64,000 nt of DNA from Zootoca vivipara (lineage: Eukaryota): positions 37,944,001-38,008,000 of the forward strand of contig NC_083294.1 in the NCBI RefSeq assembly GCF_963506605.1, given 5' to 3'. The translations under genes and the position numbers were made by a program. Below are positions 37,878-51,047 of the stretch, one piece after another. The notes under the pieces are model-generated. The model was not told the origin of the DNA and ran no database searches. It saw nothing but the letters and a program-made list of their open reading frames with translations. Within the stretch, counting starts at the first letter, position 1. Each line of letters starts with the position of its first letter.

Positions 37878-38330
37878 CAGGGGTGGCCAACTCCCAAGAG
37901 ACTGCGATCTACTCGCAGAGTTAAAAACTAGCAGTGATCTACCCCCTTTTGGGGGGTTCAGGTCAAAGTTGTTGAGCTTTTTCTAGGAAGGAAAGCCCTG
38001 ATTTTAGGGGTTCAGGTCAATATTGTTGAGCTTTTTTTTAGGAACGAGTAAAGCCCATTTTTAGGGGAGCCAAAGTTGTTGGGCAATCTACCTGTTGAAC
38101 ATGCCTAGTCCATCGGTAGGCAAACCCGGGGGGCCGAATCCAGCCCAATCGCCTTCTAAATCCAGCCCACAGACATGTTTTTACATGAGTAGAATGTGTC
38201 CTTTTATTCAAAATGCATCTCTGACTTATTTGTGCATTCATTCACCCCAAAAATATATATAGTCCAGCCCCCCCACAAGGTCTGAGGGACAGTAGACCAG
38301 CCCCCTACTGAAAAAGTTTGCTGACCCCTG
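37878..38330. mobile_element. Composite non-autonomous hAT element(s)
   Basis: CAGGGGTGGCCAAC...GTTTGCTGACCCCTG ends; 8-bp TSD CTCTAGTC on both sides. Confidence 0.8.
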
Positions 38331-38871
38331 CTCTAGTCCAACCCCCCCCCTGCCTGCAATGTGGGAATAAGGTAAGGTCCTGAGGGTGCTGAGAGTTGTT
38401 AACAAACCCCTCTTCAATTTCTGGGAACTCTGGGAATGCGAAAGAAAGAAGAGAATAAGATGCAGTTTTTTTCCACAGGCTGCAGAATTTATTTATTTTA
38501 GTGCAGAATTACAGTTGCCTTCAACACACTGCATTTACACCCCTATCTGCAGGTTCCTTTCTGGGGAACAAGGAGTCAAATAGGGACTTTCCCGAACTTA
38601 GTATTACCCACTTTATTACACCAATCCTCTTTGTCACCCCCTCCCCTCCCCTTTATTCCAAATTTCAGGCCTTGGTTCTCTCATACCTGAGGCCAAAATG
38701 CAAACGCAGGCAGGTTTGCTGAAGCTATCCCCCTCTGGCAACATATCTCAATCTCAAAACAGACACCTCCAGTGCTTCCTCCTCCTACAGTTCCACCCTC
38801 TCATTTAATGGCTGTGATTACAGTCCAGTCACAGCCAACAGGTCCAACTGCCTCAACCACAGGGCAGGCAT

Positions 38872-39897
38872 CTAAAGCTCTTGGAAGAACACAATGGCTT
38901 GTCTGAACATGTTCCTGAAATAAGACAGTCTGGGCGTGGCCCTCTGGCTGTGTCCTCTGCCCTTGGCTTCCTTGCTGTCCCCCTTGAACATGCCAATTCC
39001 ACCTCGCATTGATGGAGCACAGTTGTTGTTGGCGTTTCCAGCTCCTAGCTGGGCCAGATCTTCCTCGCAAGCCCCCGAGAGCTCCTTTAACTCTCTGGAA
39101 GCATCTGCTCGGAGGTACTGCCATGCCTTGCGGCCATTGTGGTCCCGAAGACTTGTATCAGCTCCATAGGCTCCCACCAGCACTTTGATGACCATCTCAT
39201 GGCCTTGGAGGGCGGCCAGGTGCAAAGGGGTTAGTCTTCCACTGGCTGAGGGCATGTTGACATCAAATGGGTAGCAATTCCTTTCCGCAAAAGAAATCAC
39301 CTCAATCAAGTCTTCATGGCGGCCATGTTTGGCCAACCAGTGGAGGACAGAGAAGCCCGTCACAAAGTCTTTCCTGAAGAGCAGGCTGGGGTCCTTGGCC
39401 AGCAAGTTGAGGATGCTCTCTGCATCTCCTTGGGCGACAGTCAACATCCACTCGTGCTCCAGTGGATCCAGAGCTAAGGACAAGTCATCAGTGTTCCCAT
39501 ACATGAGAGGTTCCTGATCTGGTTGGGTGTCTAGCACAATGCTCTCCCGATGGGAAGCTGTCACCCACATGGGTTTGCCCTGGCTGCTTTGGAAGAGCAT
39601 ATCCTTCAGTCCCTTCCTTCTCGTGCTACCATAACCCATTGATAGTCTGGCTGTGTCCACCCCCGTTGCCCAGTTCCCCGAACGCCTGCTTGACCTGTTT
39701 ATACTTCGGCTGAGGTTGGACAACAACTGTCCTCGGCGGAGAATTAAGCTTTCAGCCCGGCTGCTGGGCTTGGGCGACTGGCTGCCAACAGCAGCCTGCG
39801 GCCGAGCATGGGTGGCATCTTCCTGTATGCATGGCTTAAAACCTGGAAGAACCTGTTGTCCCTCTTCCAAGCCATCTTCCCTTTGTTTTTCTGCCAT
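38872..39897 (-). CDS. SOWAHD: Ankyrin repeat protein SOWAHD, ~341 aa, single coding exon
   Basis: First in-frame ATG at 39897. SOWAH signature ALDPLEHEWML, ankyrin repeats (DFVTGFSVLHWLAKHG; LTPLHLAALQGH; LRDHNGRKAWQYL). Position and orientation between RPL39 and SEPTIN6 match mammals. Confidence 0.92.
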   Translation of the reverse strand: MAEKQREDGLEEGQQVLPGFKPCIQEDATHARPQAAVGSQSPKPSSRAESLILRRGQLLSNLSRSINRSSRRSGNWATGVDTARLSMGYGSTRRKGLKDMLFQSSQGKPMWVTASHRESIVLDTQPDQEPLMYGNTDDLSLALDPLEHEWMLTVAQGDAESILNLLAKDPSLLFRKDFVTGFSVLHWLAKHGRHEDLIEVISFAERNCYPFDVNMPSASGRLTPLHLAALQGHEMVIKVLVGAYGADTSLRDHNGRKAWQYLRADASRELKELSGACEEDLAQLGAGNANNNCAPSMRGGIGMFKGDSKEAKGRGHSQRATPRLSYFRNMFRQAIVFFQEL

Positions 39898-42394
39898 GTC
39901 GGCTCCTCCAGGGTGCCCCAATCCCCCAAAGTCCCTGGGTTTTTCCTGTGTCTCCCGTTAAGTCACTGTCAGTTTCTGGAATAGCCACATGTTCAATGTG
40001 TTGCTTTCCTGTGTAGATAAGAAGGAAGCTCCTCCTGAGGTCTCAATGCTGCAGGGCTTCCTGATTCTGCATGCAAAGAGGAACAGAAACTTTAGTTTTG
40101 TTACAAAGGAGGAAGAAAACACTTATTGCGAAACTGACAACTGCAAGCAGCAACCATCTGGCCAGAGAAGGTTAGGGGTTCCACTGCAAGTACACAACAC
40201 TGTTGTTAAGCAATGGTCTTCAAGGTTTTATGCATACCTGAAGCACAGAGTTTGTTGTGGGTACTGAAGGTTGATAGGAGGAGACCCCTATTTCTACAAT
40301 TTGTATAGTTAGCTGGGAAGAGGGATTAAACCACTCTGAGAACTGTAGTTCTGTGAAGGAGTTACCTAACAACTTTCAGCACACTTAACAAACTACATTT
40401 CCCAGAATCCTTATGGGGGGAAGCATGACTATTTAAAGTGTCACTGCTTTAAAAGTATAGTGCAGATTTCTATTGCTCCACTGTCGCCTCTACACAATAA
40501 GGTTTTTGAAACTCACAACAATGGTTGGCGGCAAGATTGGGTCATTTGAAGAAAAACAACCCAGCAGCACAGGAAGTCCTTCATTCATTAGAACCAACTA
40601 AAGTGTGACAGATTAGTGAGCAAAATTGCATGTAGTCCAGACTCCAAAACTCCTCTTTAGGCTGGTCTGTAAGACAAACAGGGGGTGGAGGGCAGTTGTG
40701 CCTGGAAAAGCTGCAAACCCGCAGTTTGTATTAAGATAGAGTGCAGGAGGCACTGGGTGTACTTAATTAAGATTAAGACTTAATTAGATTAGACTGTGCT
40801 AAGTGCAAGACAAAGTGCAAAATTTATCGCAGCCAGATCTAATTAACAGTGAAATCCAGTGCATGTCTTTTCAGAAGTAAGTCTCACTGAATGACCTTAT
40901 TCAGAAGACCCTCTGAATAAGTACGCATAGGAATGCAGCCTTTGTCAAAGTAAAGCTTTCTCTACTTCACATTTTTGAACTTTTTTGCTTTTTACTTTAT
41001 AATATGTTCATGGGTGGGTGTGCATTTGCAGAGCGTTCAATACTTTGTAGTGAAAATCTCTCATATACTGTGCATTGTAGAGATGAGTGCTTGCTGTTAG
41101 ATATACACTGTGTCTTTTCAATGGAGCATAAAATAGACTCTGGTGGTTCTGGAGACCACTTTCAAGAAAAAGTCCAAGCATGCTAACAATGAGAACCATT
41201 TCTCCAATAAATGATCAGGGTGTTTAGAGACATAATTTTGAACTGAGTTAGGATGGCTCAGATTTTACTACACCATTCCCTGGTGGGATGTATGATTATT
41301 AATTATATATAAAGTTATTTGAAATTTGACTGTTTCTGTAAGTCAAACACCGTGAAAGATTGTCATACTGGTGGGATGCTGTCATTGGCTCAATCTGCAC
41401 TGTACATTGAAAGCATTATCGTACCATTTTTAACACCCATGGATTTCCCCCCAATAATGCTGGAACGTGTACGTTCATTAAGGGCTATGAGAGTGTGTAA
41501 GAGAGCCTCTATTCCCCCTCACAGACCTACAATTCCAGAGTGGTTCAATAATCAATTCCTCCTCTCAGGGAACTAAAACCTGTTTGTCAGAGACATATGC
41601 AGGCTAAATATTCCAGAGCCGAAAAGAACAACACCCACCTCTTTTCCTCCAGAGATGAATTGAAGTTTCCTTTTGCTCAGTGTTGTTGAGACACTTTTTG
41701 AGAGGTACACAGGCTTTTGATGTGAAACAGAAACATCTTTTTCAAGGGGTTGCCCAATATTTTTGGCCCTGGGAACATCTGCACCCCCTGCCTATTCTAT
41801 TGGATATTCTATTCTATTGATTTCAGACCTAATTTCAGGAGATGGAAATGACCTGGTAGCACCAGGGAAGGTCCACCTGGCTAACACTTTGGCAAATTCT
41901 GGTCTGATTTTAAAAAGGCTTCTGACACTTCTCTTCTGATTGTCAAAAGTGTTAAATAAGCTTCGAAATGCAAACACAGTTTGTCTCTCCTTTGTTCCCT
42001 TTCCCCCATAGTTTGGATAAACAGGGATTATTGATCTGTGACTTCTTTCCTCAGCCAACATAGCAACTTTCAGGGTTATTTTTCTATTGGGGGCATCAGA
42101 GAGATTCTGGAACTTCATGCAAATGCCCTCTGTTTGGGCAGCCCTTTTTATTTTAGCTATCCTTCCTTGCAACAGCTCGGTAAGTTGGCTTTAAAAAAAA
42201 AAAGCAGCTCCTTATCAGGAATAACTCACACAAACATAACTTTATGGTAGCTAAGAAAAGCAGCCATTGTAGCCTCCCACTCGTCTTACTCCTCCAACAT
42301 AACACCCAAGAGACAGAACCAGATTGCCTGCTTTAATTGTTTCCATATTACAGCTAACTAAGCTTAGGTATACAGTATTGGTTTGCCTATGGCT

Positions 42395-42735
42395 AGGTAA
42401 AGGGACCCCTGACCATTAGGTCTAGTTGTGACCGACTCTGGGGTTGCGTGCTCATCTCGCATTATTGGCCGAGGGAGCCGGCGTATAACTTCCAGGTCAT
42501 GTGGCCAGCACGACAAAGCCGCTTCTGGCAAAGCAGAGCAGAGCATGGAAATGTTGTTTACCTTCCCACTGTAGTGGTTCCTATTTATCTACTTGCATTT
42601 TGACGTGCTTTCGAACTGCTAGGTTGGCAGGAGCTGGGACCAAGCAACGGGAGCTCACCCCGTCACAGGGATTCGAACCGCCAACCTTCTGATCAGCAAG
42701 CCCTAGGCTCAGTGGTTTAACCACAGCGCCACCTG
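42395..42735 (-). mobile_element. Sauria SINE
   Basis: Highly similar to 16410-16766. Confidence 0.9.
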
Positions 42736-43225
42736 CCTATGGCTACTTATGTGTAAATGGCCTAAATGCAACCTCTCAGCTCTCTCTTGCTGCACTGTGC
42801 TAATGCATAGTGGCACACCAACAGTCCAAACACAAGCCATTAAGATTCAGTGGTGAAAGAAATGCTCTCTGCACCTACTCAAAGCCACCATCCTTTGTTC
42901 TTATTTCATATGCTCTGGGCATGACCCCAAAACACACATTGAGCTTGAATGTCTTAGGTGTGGATTCAACAACATGCAGGCAGAGCAGTTTACAATGCTC
43001 CTGCATGTAATGAACATACAACAACATAATGCTTTTGATCCTCTCAAGCTGTTCATTTCTACCTATGAATCTTGTGGCTGCAGGATAAAAAGTGAGAGAA
43101 AGCTATGCTTTAAACTGAATCTACTGTAGCATTTATATTAATAGTAGTTATCCTTGTGTTCAAAATGCTTGGCAACCCTTATCAGAGGCGAACTTGGGTA
43201 ATATGGCACCATGAGCGAGGACAAA

Positions 43226-43227
<2 letters not shown>

Positions 43228-43261
<34 letters not shown>
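43228..43261. repeat. (CA)n microsatellite
   Basis: Seen directly. Confidence 0.95.
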
Positions 43262-43263
<2 letters not shown>

Positions 43264-43269
43264 CACACT

Positions 43270-44350
43270 CAGGGTGCATGAGCCAGCTCGTCTCCACCGC
43301 TGACCTTCGATTCGAAGCGACCGCAGGATTGTGACCTGACCGCAGCTTCCCCCTCCCCCAAGTGCCACCTGCGCCTCGTCCGGGAAAGCGAATCTCCTGT
43401 CTGCAACCAGGACCGAGAGAGGGGAGGGGAGGGGAGAAGGAGGAAGCAAAGACTGCACCAGCTCCTCCGACCATGAGGATGCCTCCTCAGCAAATAGATC
43501 TCGGGGCACGCACGCACCTCCTCGGCTCGTGCCCTGTGCGGGGTACCCGCTTGCATACCCCGAATCGACGCTGCCCTTATTATGACCCTTGTCAATAGTA
43601 GTCGCCCGCATTTCCCAAAGACGGGAAACGATGGCTTTTCCCGAGTTTCTCTGGGGTAACTTTCTGAATCGTAGTTACGCGACCGTCTGTAAAACGAACT
43701 CTAAGACGCTGCAACGAAAGCCCTGACTTCAGCGTAGCGCGAGAACGATCCGGCGTCTTTCATGAAAAACCACCGTCTCATGATCCACTTAGCCTTCGAA
43801 CTACCTTCCCTGGGTGCTGATTAGACACCTGCACACTTTCTTTTTGGGGCTTCTGAAAAAGAAATCCCCTAGGAAGTCCTATAAATTCCAGTAAAGGATG
43901 AGGAAGCAACTTGTGAAGGGCGGGGAAGTACCCAACCCTTTTCATTTTACCTTTTCCAAGCGTACCTGCAGGGTGGCGGGGGCATCGGCTCGGACGACCA
44001 GGTGCTCCCCAGGCCTTTCCCAGCTTGGAAGCCGCTGGGGCACCTTGCGGAGGCGCAGCCGTCCTCGGGGCTCCTCCTCCCCTTCTGAGCCTGTTCCTTC
44101 CGCGTCTCAGCGCAGTCTCCAGCCAGCGCCTCTCCGGAGTTCCTTTGTGCAAAGTTTGCCATCGGTGAGTTTCGAAGCGCAGCAGAAAAGCAACAGCGTG
44201 ACCTTTGCTCTCGACCTACTGGCTGGGATACATTAAGCCGCCGCATGCGATGCTGCCTGCGTTGTTCCGCATGGCGAGGAACTTAAAACAGCCAGCGATC
44301 TTACCCGGCTTCTATTCCGGGCGTGGTGGTCGCCGGCCGCAGCTATACAT
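43270..44350. promoter_or_regulatory. CpG island with no recognisable CDS; possible SOWAHD promoter/first exon
   Basis: High CpG density; minus-strand donor CAG|GTACG at 43966; minus-strand acceptor at 40066 upstream of the SOWAHD ATG. Confidence 0.5.
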
Positions 44351-44622
44351 TTCTGCTGCTCCAGAGAAGCGGACACGGAGCAATGGATTCAAACTACAAA
44401 AAAGAAGATTCCACCTAAACATTAGGAAGAACTTCCTGACAGTAAGAGCTGTTCGACAGTGGAACATGCTGCCAAGGAGTGTGGTGGAGTCTCCTTCTTT
44501 GGAGGTCTTTAAGCGGAGGCTTGACAGCCATCTGTCAGCAATGCTTTGATGGTGTTTCCTGCTTGGCAGGGGGTTGGACTGGATGGCCCTTGTGGTCTCT
44601 TCCAACTCTATTATTCTATTAT
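44349..44622 (+). mobile_element. CR1 LINE 3' end
   Basis: RTRSNGFKLQKRRFHLNIRKNFLTVRAVRQWNMLP...SPSLEVFK; (ATTCTATT)n-type tail. Confidence 0.92.
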
Positions 44623-45180
44623 TCCCCTTTCTGCGGAGATGCAAACATCGGATTTAGGGCGCTGCAAAATTGAATAGACCCATAACTAAGAAGATCCATT
44701 TGGGGGCGCCAATTTTTGACTTCTCGCCAGAAACCAATGACCAAAGCCCGCCCCTATCCAGGGAGTGACAGCGGCCCCTAAATGGACTGGCACCTTATAA
44801 ACAGTTTAGGGGTTGGTTACCTATCTAGTCTACAGTCCCCGATTCGTTCAATGGTATTTTTAAAGCAGCGTGGTACCACTTTAAGCACCCACGGCTTCCA
44901 AAGAATAATCAGGATGCTGCATTTTGCTCAGGGTGCTGAGAGTTGCTGGGAGGCAATTCCCCTCCCAGAGCAGCAAATCCCAGAGTTCCCTGAGAAAGAG
45001 AGATTGTGAAACCACACTGTGAATGAGAGGAAACGGGGTCTCCTAGCAACTCTCAGTGGTACACCACGTCCTAAACTTCAGCTCCCATAATTCTTTGGGG
45101 GAAGCCTACTTTTATTGCACTACTTTAAACTATATAGCACAGATGGGGGCCAGTGGTTCTCAGTGGGGGACTTCCTAGCG

Positions 45181-45898
45181 CAGTGATGGCGAACCTATGA
45201 CACGCGTGTCAGACGTGACACGCAGAGCCCTCACTGCTGGCACGCGCCCCATCGGCCCATTCACGCTGTTGCTGTTGGTCGTCCCCCCAATTTGTTCTCC
45301 CGCTCCACCTCACGCTACAGCTTGTCTGCTTGTCTCCACTGTTAAAACCCGGATCCTTTTGTTGTTGTTGTTGTTGTTGCTGGTAGCCCTTTTGTGCTGT
45401 TTTTTTCTGGAGCTTTGGCAGACTATGATTGGGTATAACAGCATTCGTTTTTTAACTTGTTCTGTGCTGGGGTTTTTTGGCGCTTTGGCAGACTATGTCG
45501 GTGCTGTGTGTTAGTTCCAGCGAAGGTATTATTCATCATTTATTTCTGTTCTCTTTCCCCCAAAAAAAGCGCAGCAGCTTTGGGGCACCCCCCCAAAAGC
45601 AAAGCAACTTTTGCACCCCCCAAAAAAACCTCCAAAACTTTGGTCAGCAGCTCCCCCCAAAAAGCTCAACAACTCTGGGCACTTTGTGATAAATAAGGGT
45701 TTTTTAGTTTGGTTTGGTTAAATAATTAGTTTTTTGTTTATTAAATACAGTTATATATAACAATTATACATTTTTTGTTATTTAAACTATAAATATCGTG
45801 AATTTATGGTTTTTTTCTCGAAGTGACACACCACCCGAGTTATGCTTGGTTTTTTGGCGAATTTTGACACACCAAGCTCAAAAGGTTGCCCATCACTG
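45181..45898. mobile_element. Non-autonomous hAT element
   Basis: TIRs CAGTGATGGCGAACCT...AGGTTGCCCATCACTG; 8-bp TSD TCCTAGCG at 45173-45180 and 45899-45906. Confidence 0.92.
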
Positions 45899-46389
45899 TC
45901 CTAGCGCAACAGATCCCTTCCTGGTCAGCTGTTTGACAGTGGCCAAAGAACAATCAGGAGTGTCATTTGGCAAACATGTCTTTATCTGCTCCACACCTGA
46001 CACCACACGTGACACATAGGAAACTGCTATATATACCGAGTCAGAGCACTGGTCCACCAAGCTCAGTATTATTGACACTGACCAGCAGCAACTGTCAGGG
46101 GCTTCAGTCAGGGAACAGTCCCAGGCCTACCTGGAGATGCTGGAGGACTGAACCTCGGGCCTGCTGCATGTGAGACAGGTACTCTACCACTGAGCCATGG
46201 TGATTACCTGATTTTACGTGTGGGGCTGGTGGGTATATTTGGGAGGGAAACTGCCTTGTAGGCCAAGTTAGGCCCCATGCTGGGCTTAGGTAGGTCTGGT
46301 GGGGCAGAGTTTTTGCACCACTGCAAATCAATTCTGCCTGCTGTTAATGCAGGGAACCAGTTCTGCTTGGGGCAAAATGGCCCCCAGTA

Positions 46390-48285
46390 ACAGTAACTGA
46401 AATGAAAACCTACATCAACCAACTGAAATTGGCTAAAGCCCCAGGCCTAGATGGCATTACGCCAGAAATGCTAAAAGCACAAGTGGATTGGTGCGCACCG
46501 TATCTAGCCGCCCTCTTCACGTTAATAGACGACTCTGGGCGCATCCCCAGAGATTGGGGAATAGCCATAATAGTGCCATTCTTCAAAAAGGGCAATAGAA
46601 GGGACCCAGCAAACTACAGGCCGATCAGCTTACTAAGCATGACCAGTAAACTCTACGCAAAGCACCTACTCACCAAGTTCTCAGACTGGTTTGAGAAGGA
46701 AGACATTCTGGCAATCGAACAAGCGGGATTTTGACCCGGCCGGTCCACGTTGGATCACTGTCTAATGTTACAACATCTCATAGACAAATATAAATCAAGA
46801 GACCAGGCCTCTTTGTATGCCGCCTTCGTAGATTTAAAAGCAGCCTTTGACACCGTGTCCAGAACCAGACTCAGGGACAGACTGCAGGACACATCAATTG
46901 ACAAATGGCTCCTATTACTTATTCAGGCACTCCACGCAAACACGGCCCTCAGAGTTAGGTGCAGCCATCTAGGACACCTAACAGATCCCATCAAAACCCA
47001 CAAGGGCGTCAGACAAGGGTGCCTTCTGGCTCCACTACTTTTTAACTTTTACTTAAATAACCTAGTAGCTGCACTAACTGATTTAGATTTCCATCCACCA
47101 AAGCTCGCAAACCGGCACATCCCTGTCTTATTATATGCCGACGATGCGGTCATTCTATCCAGAACACCTATCGGACTTAAAAGGGCACTAAGGAGGCTTG
47201 CCACCTACTGTGACACAGAATGCCTCAAAATCAATTACCAAAAAACTAAGGTAATAGCGTTTGGGAAAAAAATCAAAGCCCAGAAACTGGGAACTGCAAG
47301 GACACAGATTAGAGCAAGTTTCCAACTACAAATACCTCGGAATGGCAGTACAGGCCACAAACTGCACATAAATTCTATCGGAAGCTCAGCGGAAAAAACC
47401 GCAAACTGTATTCTCAAATTTTACAGAACACAAGGGGGCTTCTTCATTCCTGCGGCCCTTAAGCTATTTAAGGCCAAAATGTTGGCCCAGCTCCTTTATG
47501 GAGCCTTTCTAGGCCCACCCTCTTCTTCTTTCTCTCCCTTGGAGCGTGTACAATCCAAATTCCTCAGAGCCCTCCTACAAGTCCCCAGATGCGTATCTAA
47601 CGCATGGGTTAGACTTGAAACGGGAACGATGAGAGTAGAGGCCTTAATCTGCCTATCATCAATCTATAAATGGCTGGCTCTAAATCTGAAACCCCAAGGA
47701 ATTGCGCCTTTGATCCTACGCGACCAGTTCCAGTCCAGTTGGCAGCTAGCGGTTCTGAACTCTCTCCAGAATATGGGCCTTGCCCCCAAGCCCTCCTAAG
47801 ACTGGATCTAAGACAAGCCAAAGCAATGGTCAGACGACGACTCAATGATATTGAAAGACAACAGGACTGCTCAAGTTGTCCTGAATATAGATCTGGAGAA
47901 ATTGAGATATACATAGCCGCCCCGGCACCCTATTCCTCCTTTCTCCTGTCAAAAAATGCAAGAAGGGCTTTTACACTTGCCAGAAGTGCGACATTGCCCA
48001 TGCCTGTGCTGGAGGGGCTTTACAAAAAAAATCCCATACGCCCAAAGACTCTGCGTATGCCCTCTAGGGGAAATAGGAAGCCCAGAGCACTTCCTCTTCA
48101 GATGCCCCCTCTATGAAGAAGCTCGAAGGGAGATCCTGGATCCCATACTGGTGAGGTTAGCAAGCCTCCCGGAAAAGCAATTATACAACGTGCTCCTGCT
48201 AGGCAAAGACCAGGAGATAACCAGGGCGGTCGCCAGATTCTGTGCCCAACTATGCAGACACAGACTTTCTCCCGAGTCCGTCTGA
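46390..48285 (+). mobile_element. 5'-truncated non-LTR retrotransposon (RT plus C-terminal CxC...HxxxxC finger; RTE-X-like, clade uncertain), disrupted
   Basis: KAPGLDG, NYRPISLL, EQAGF*, FVDLKAAFD, GVRQGCLLAP, LYADD and CVCPLGEIGSPEHFLFRCPLY, spread over several frames. Confidence 0.9.
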
Positions 48286-48457
48286 ATTTCCCAACATATT
48301 GGGTTGGGTGTCATTGGAGCATTGGGGTGCTACAATGCATTTAAAAGAGGGGTTAGAAGCTTGTGGCCCTCCAGGTGTTTGGAGAAGAGACATAGCTCAT
48401 AAGGTCCCAGGTTCAATCCTCAGCATCCCTAGGTAGGGTTGAGAGGAATTCTGCCTG

Positions 48458-49140
48458 TCAAGAAGCCAAGAATAAAATATAAATTACCGATAGGTATTAA
48501 AGATAGAGGAGGCTTCTCCCTGCCAGACTTGAAACTATATTTTGAAGCCTATTGTATTTGCCGGGAATGGATAAAATTAAGAAATACAGATCTACAGTGG
48601 TACCTCGGTTTATGAACACAATTGGTTCCGGAAGTCTGTTCATAAACTGAAGCGTTCATAAACTGAAGCGAACTTTCCCATTGAAAGTAATGGAAAGTGG
48701 ATTAATCCGTTCCAGACGGTCCGCGGAGTAACCGTTCATAAACTGAAGTGAACTTTCCCATTGAAAGTAATGGAAAGTGGATTAATCCGTTCCAGACGGG
48801 TCCGTGAAGTACTTAAACTGAAGCGTTCATAAACTGAAACATGGGTGTAATTGGTTCCGGAAGTCTGTTCATAAACTGAAGCGTTCATAAACTGAAGCGA
48901 ACTTTCCCATTAAAAGTAATGGAAAGTGAATTAATCCATTCCAGATGGGTCCGCGGCGTTCATAAACCGAAAATTCATAAACCGAGGTGTTCATAAACCG
49001 AGGTTCCACTGTATTAGATTTGGAAGGATATGATAACAGATTTGACTGCCATGCGTACTTGTGGTATGAAAAGGCAAGAGTACATCAACGTGTTCGAAAT
49101 CACATTATAAGGAAAGCGATTTTGGGAGAAGTATAAAAAT
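48458..49140 (+). mobile_element. L1 ORF2 fragment interrupted by a MITE
   Basis: KKPRIKY...RGGFSLPDLKLYFEA...WIKLRNTD continues after the MITE as LDLEGYDNRFDCHAYLWYEK. Confidence 0.75.
48595..49011. mobile_element. Tc1/mariner (Tigger-like) MITE with internal tandem duplications
   Basis: TA-flanked TIRs CAGTGGTACCTCGGTTTATGAAC...GTTCATAAACCGAGGTTCCACTG; repeated GTTCATAAACTGAAG and ACTTTCCCATT(G/A)AAAGTAATGGAAAGTG blocks. Confidence 0.92.
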
Positions 49141-50970
49141 TACTTTCTTTATAATGTGATAAAGTGGGCTACAAATCAAATAAATAATAGGCAAGTTCAA
49201 GTTCCATTGAGCTTAATGGAACTTACTCCTAAGTAAGTTTATAAGACTGCAGCTTTCCGATATCACGAGAATCTTAGGTTCTGCAGCAACCAACCAACAC
49301 AGCTTTCTCACCGGAAGTTGCAACACTGTGGTCTAGAATATTATTACCGTATTGGTTATTGCAAATGAGAGACACTAAGTATGTTAAAATCAATGATTTT
49401 TAGGCCAGCTTAGGCTGACCAAACAGAATACTGTACAAGCATTCTGTTTTCCTTTACGCTGCCCATCTACGCTGCAAATGTGAACTTTAAAAATTTGCTT
49501 CTCATTAATTATAGGGAAGATAAAAGCAGTATCTTTTCCAATCTGCATCTTCTCCTAAGCATTTCTTGAGATACCCACTAGGGGTAGCGTGTGATCTGTT
49601 TATTCCTAAATGAAACTGATGGTGCAATCCTAAACACATCATTTACAAAGGCAAGTACAGTAGTAAGTCTAATTTGACTTAAAGGACATTACTTCCAAGG
49701 AAGCATGCATTGCTAAGGAGTTGCTTATTGTGCTGAACCCATTAGTACTCAGCTAATTCCTATTTATTTTATAAGATTTCTTACCTGTCCCTCACCATAA
49801 GGTCCCTGGGTAGGTTACAGCAATAGAATATGCACTTATTTAAAAACAAAAAAACAAAATAAAACTACTACCAAGGTAAAACACATGAAACTGCTCCAAA
49901 TGGGTTGGGGCTATATAAGTTCAGCTTATAGAGGTGAGTCCCAGGAAACAAAGTACCTTAATGTTCCAAGACTAGGATAAAGAGGTGCATCTTGGGTATA
50001 CAAGGGAAGCTGTTTGGTGAAGGTGCTAGTCACACCTCTGCAGGGAAGGCATTCCACAATTTGGTGGCTGCCACAGATAAAACCCTCTGCTAGGACACAA
50101 TTCCCCAACACCGGAGAAGGTCAGTAGGGATGGAAATGGCCTTTCAGATATTTGGGGCTTTGGTCATTTTGGGCTTTAAGCAATAATGTGAGCACCTTGA
50201 ATTGGTCCCAGAAACAAATGGGCATCCCTCTCTTGCTTCCAACTGGCAACCAAATTAATCTCCCCACAACTCTCTTCAAGCTCCACTCAACTGTTCATTC
50301 TCCAAGTGATCTCCTTCAGCTCCCCTCCAAATACAAACCACAAATATGGTTTATTAAAGGTTCAATTAATATTTTCATCCAACTTTTGCATGGCAATGAT
50401 AAAGCAACCTGCAAGAGAAACATGGAAATACATTATTAAAGAAGGAAACACTTAAATCACATGCTCAGTTTGACAGGCTCAATAACAGGACACTAATACA
50501 GCCGCAAGATAAAACACTAATACAAATCTCCTGAAAACAACAGATCACTTCTTAAAAGCCAGCTTCTTCTTTTTTTAAGGCTTTAATTTTTTTGTGAAAG
50601 GTGGAAAGGGAGTGAGCCTCCTGTACATGGAGAGTTCCATGAGAATAAGTTTGATGATGATGATGATAGATTAATTTATCTTTTGTGCCCAAGCCACTCT
50701 GGGCAGCTTCAACAGAATGTAAAAAGAACACAGCAGAACATCACACATTAAAAGCATCCTGATACTTTCTTAGTGTTTTTAAGTGTCAGGTGTAACTTCA
50801 GCTTGAACACAGCAGAGTTTGCGCAGGTTTTTCCGGAAGCTTCTGGCGGTAACTTAGATGACTAGACGTCTGGACGCAGAATAAACTATATACAGGATTT
50901 ATTAAAATAAAAGAAAAACCAGAGTTTCTATGTACAGCTTTAGAACTCAAAAACAAAGTAAAATAAATCC

Positions 50971-50974
<4 letters not shown>

Positions 50975-51043
<69 letters not shown>
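50975..51043. repeat. Compound (CT)n(CA)n microsatellite
   Basis: Seen directly. Confidence 0.95.

Positions 51044-51047
<4 letters not shown>

Noticed and set aside
42055-42179. Plus-strand exon-like segment ending MQMPSVWAALFILAILPCNSS|gtaag (signal-peptide-like)
   Set aside because: No downstream partner exons or homology could be found, so it cannot be distinguished from chance.
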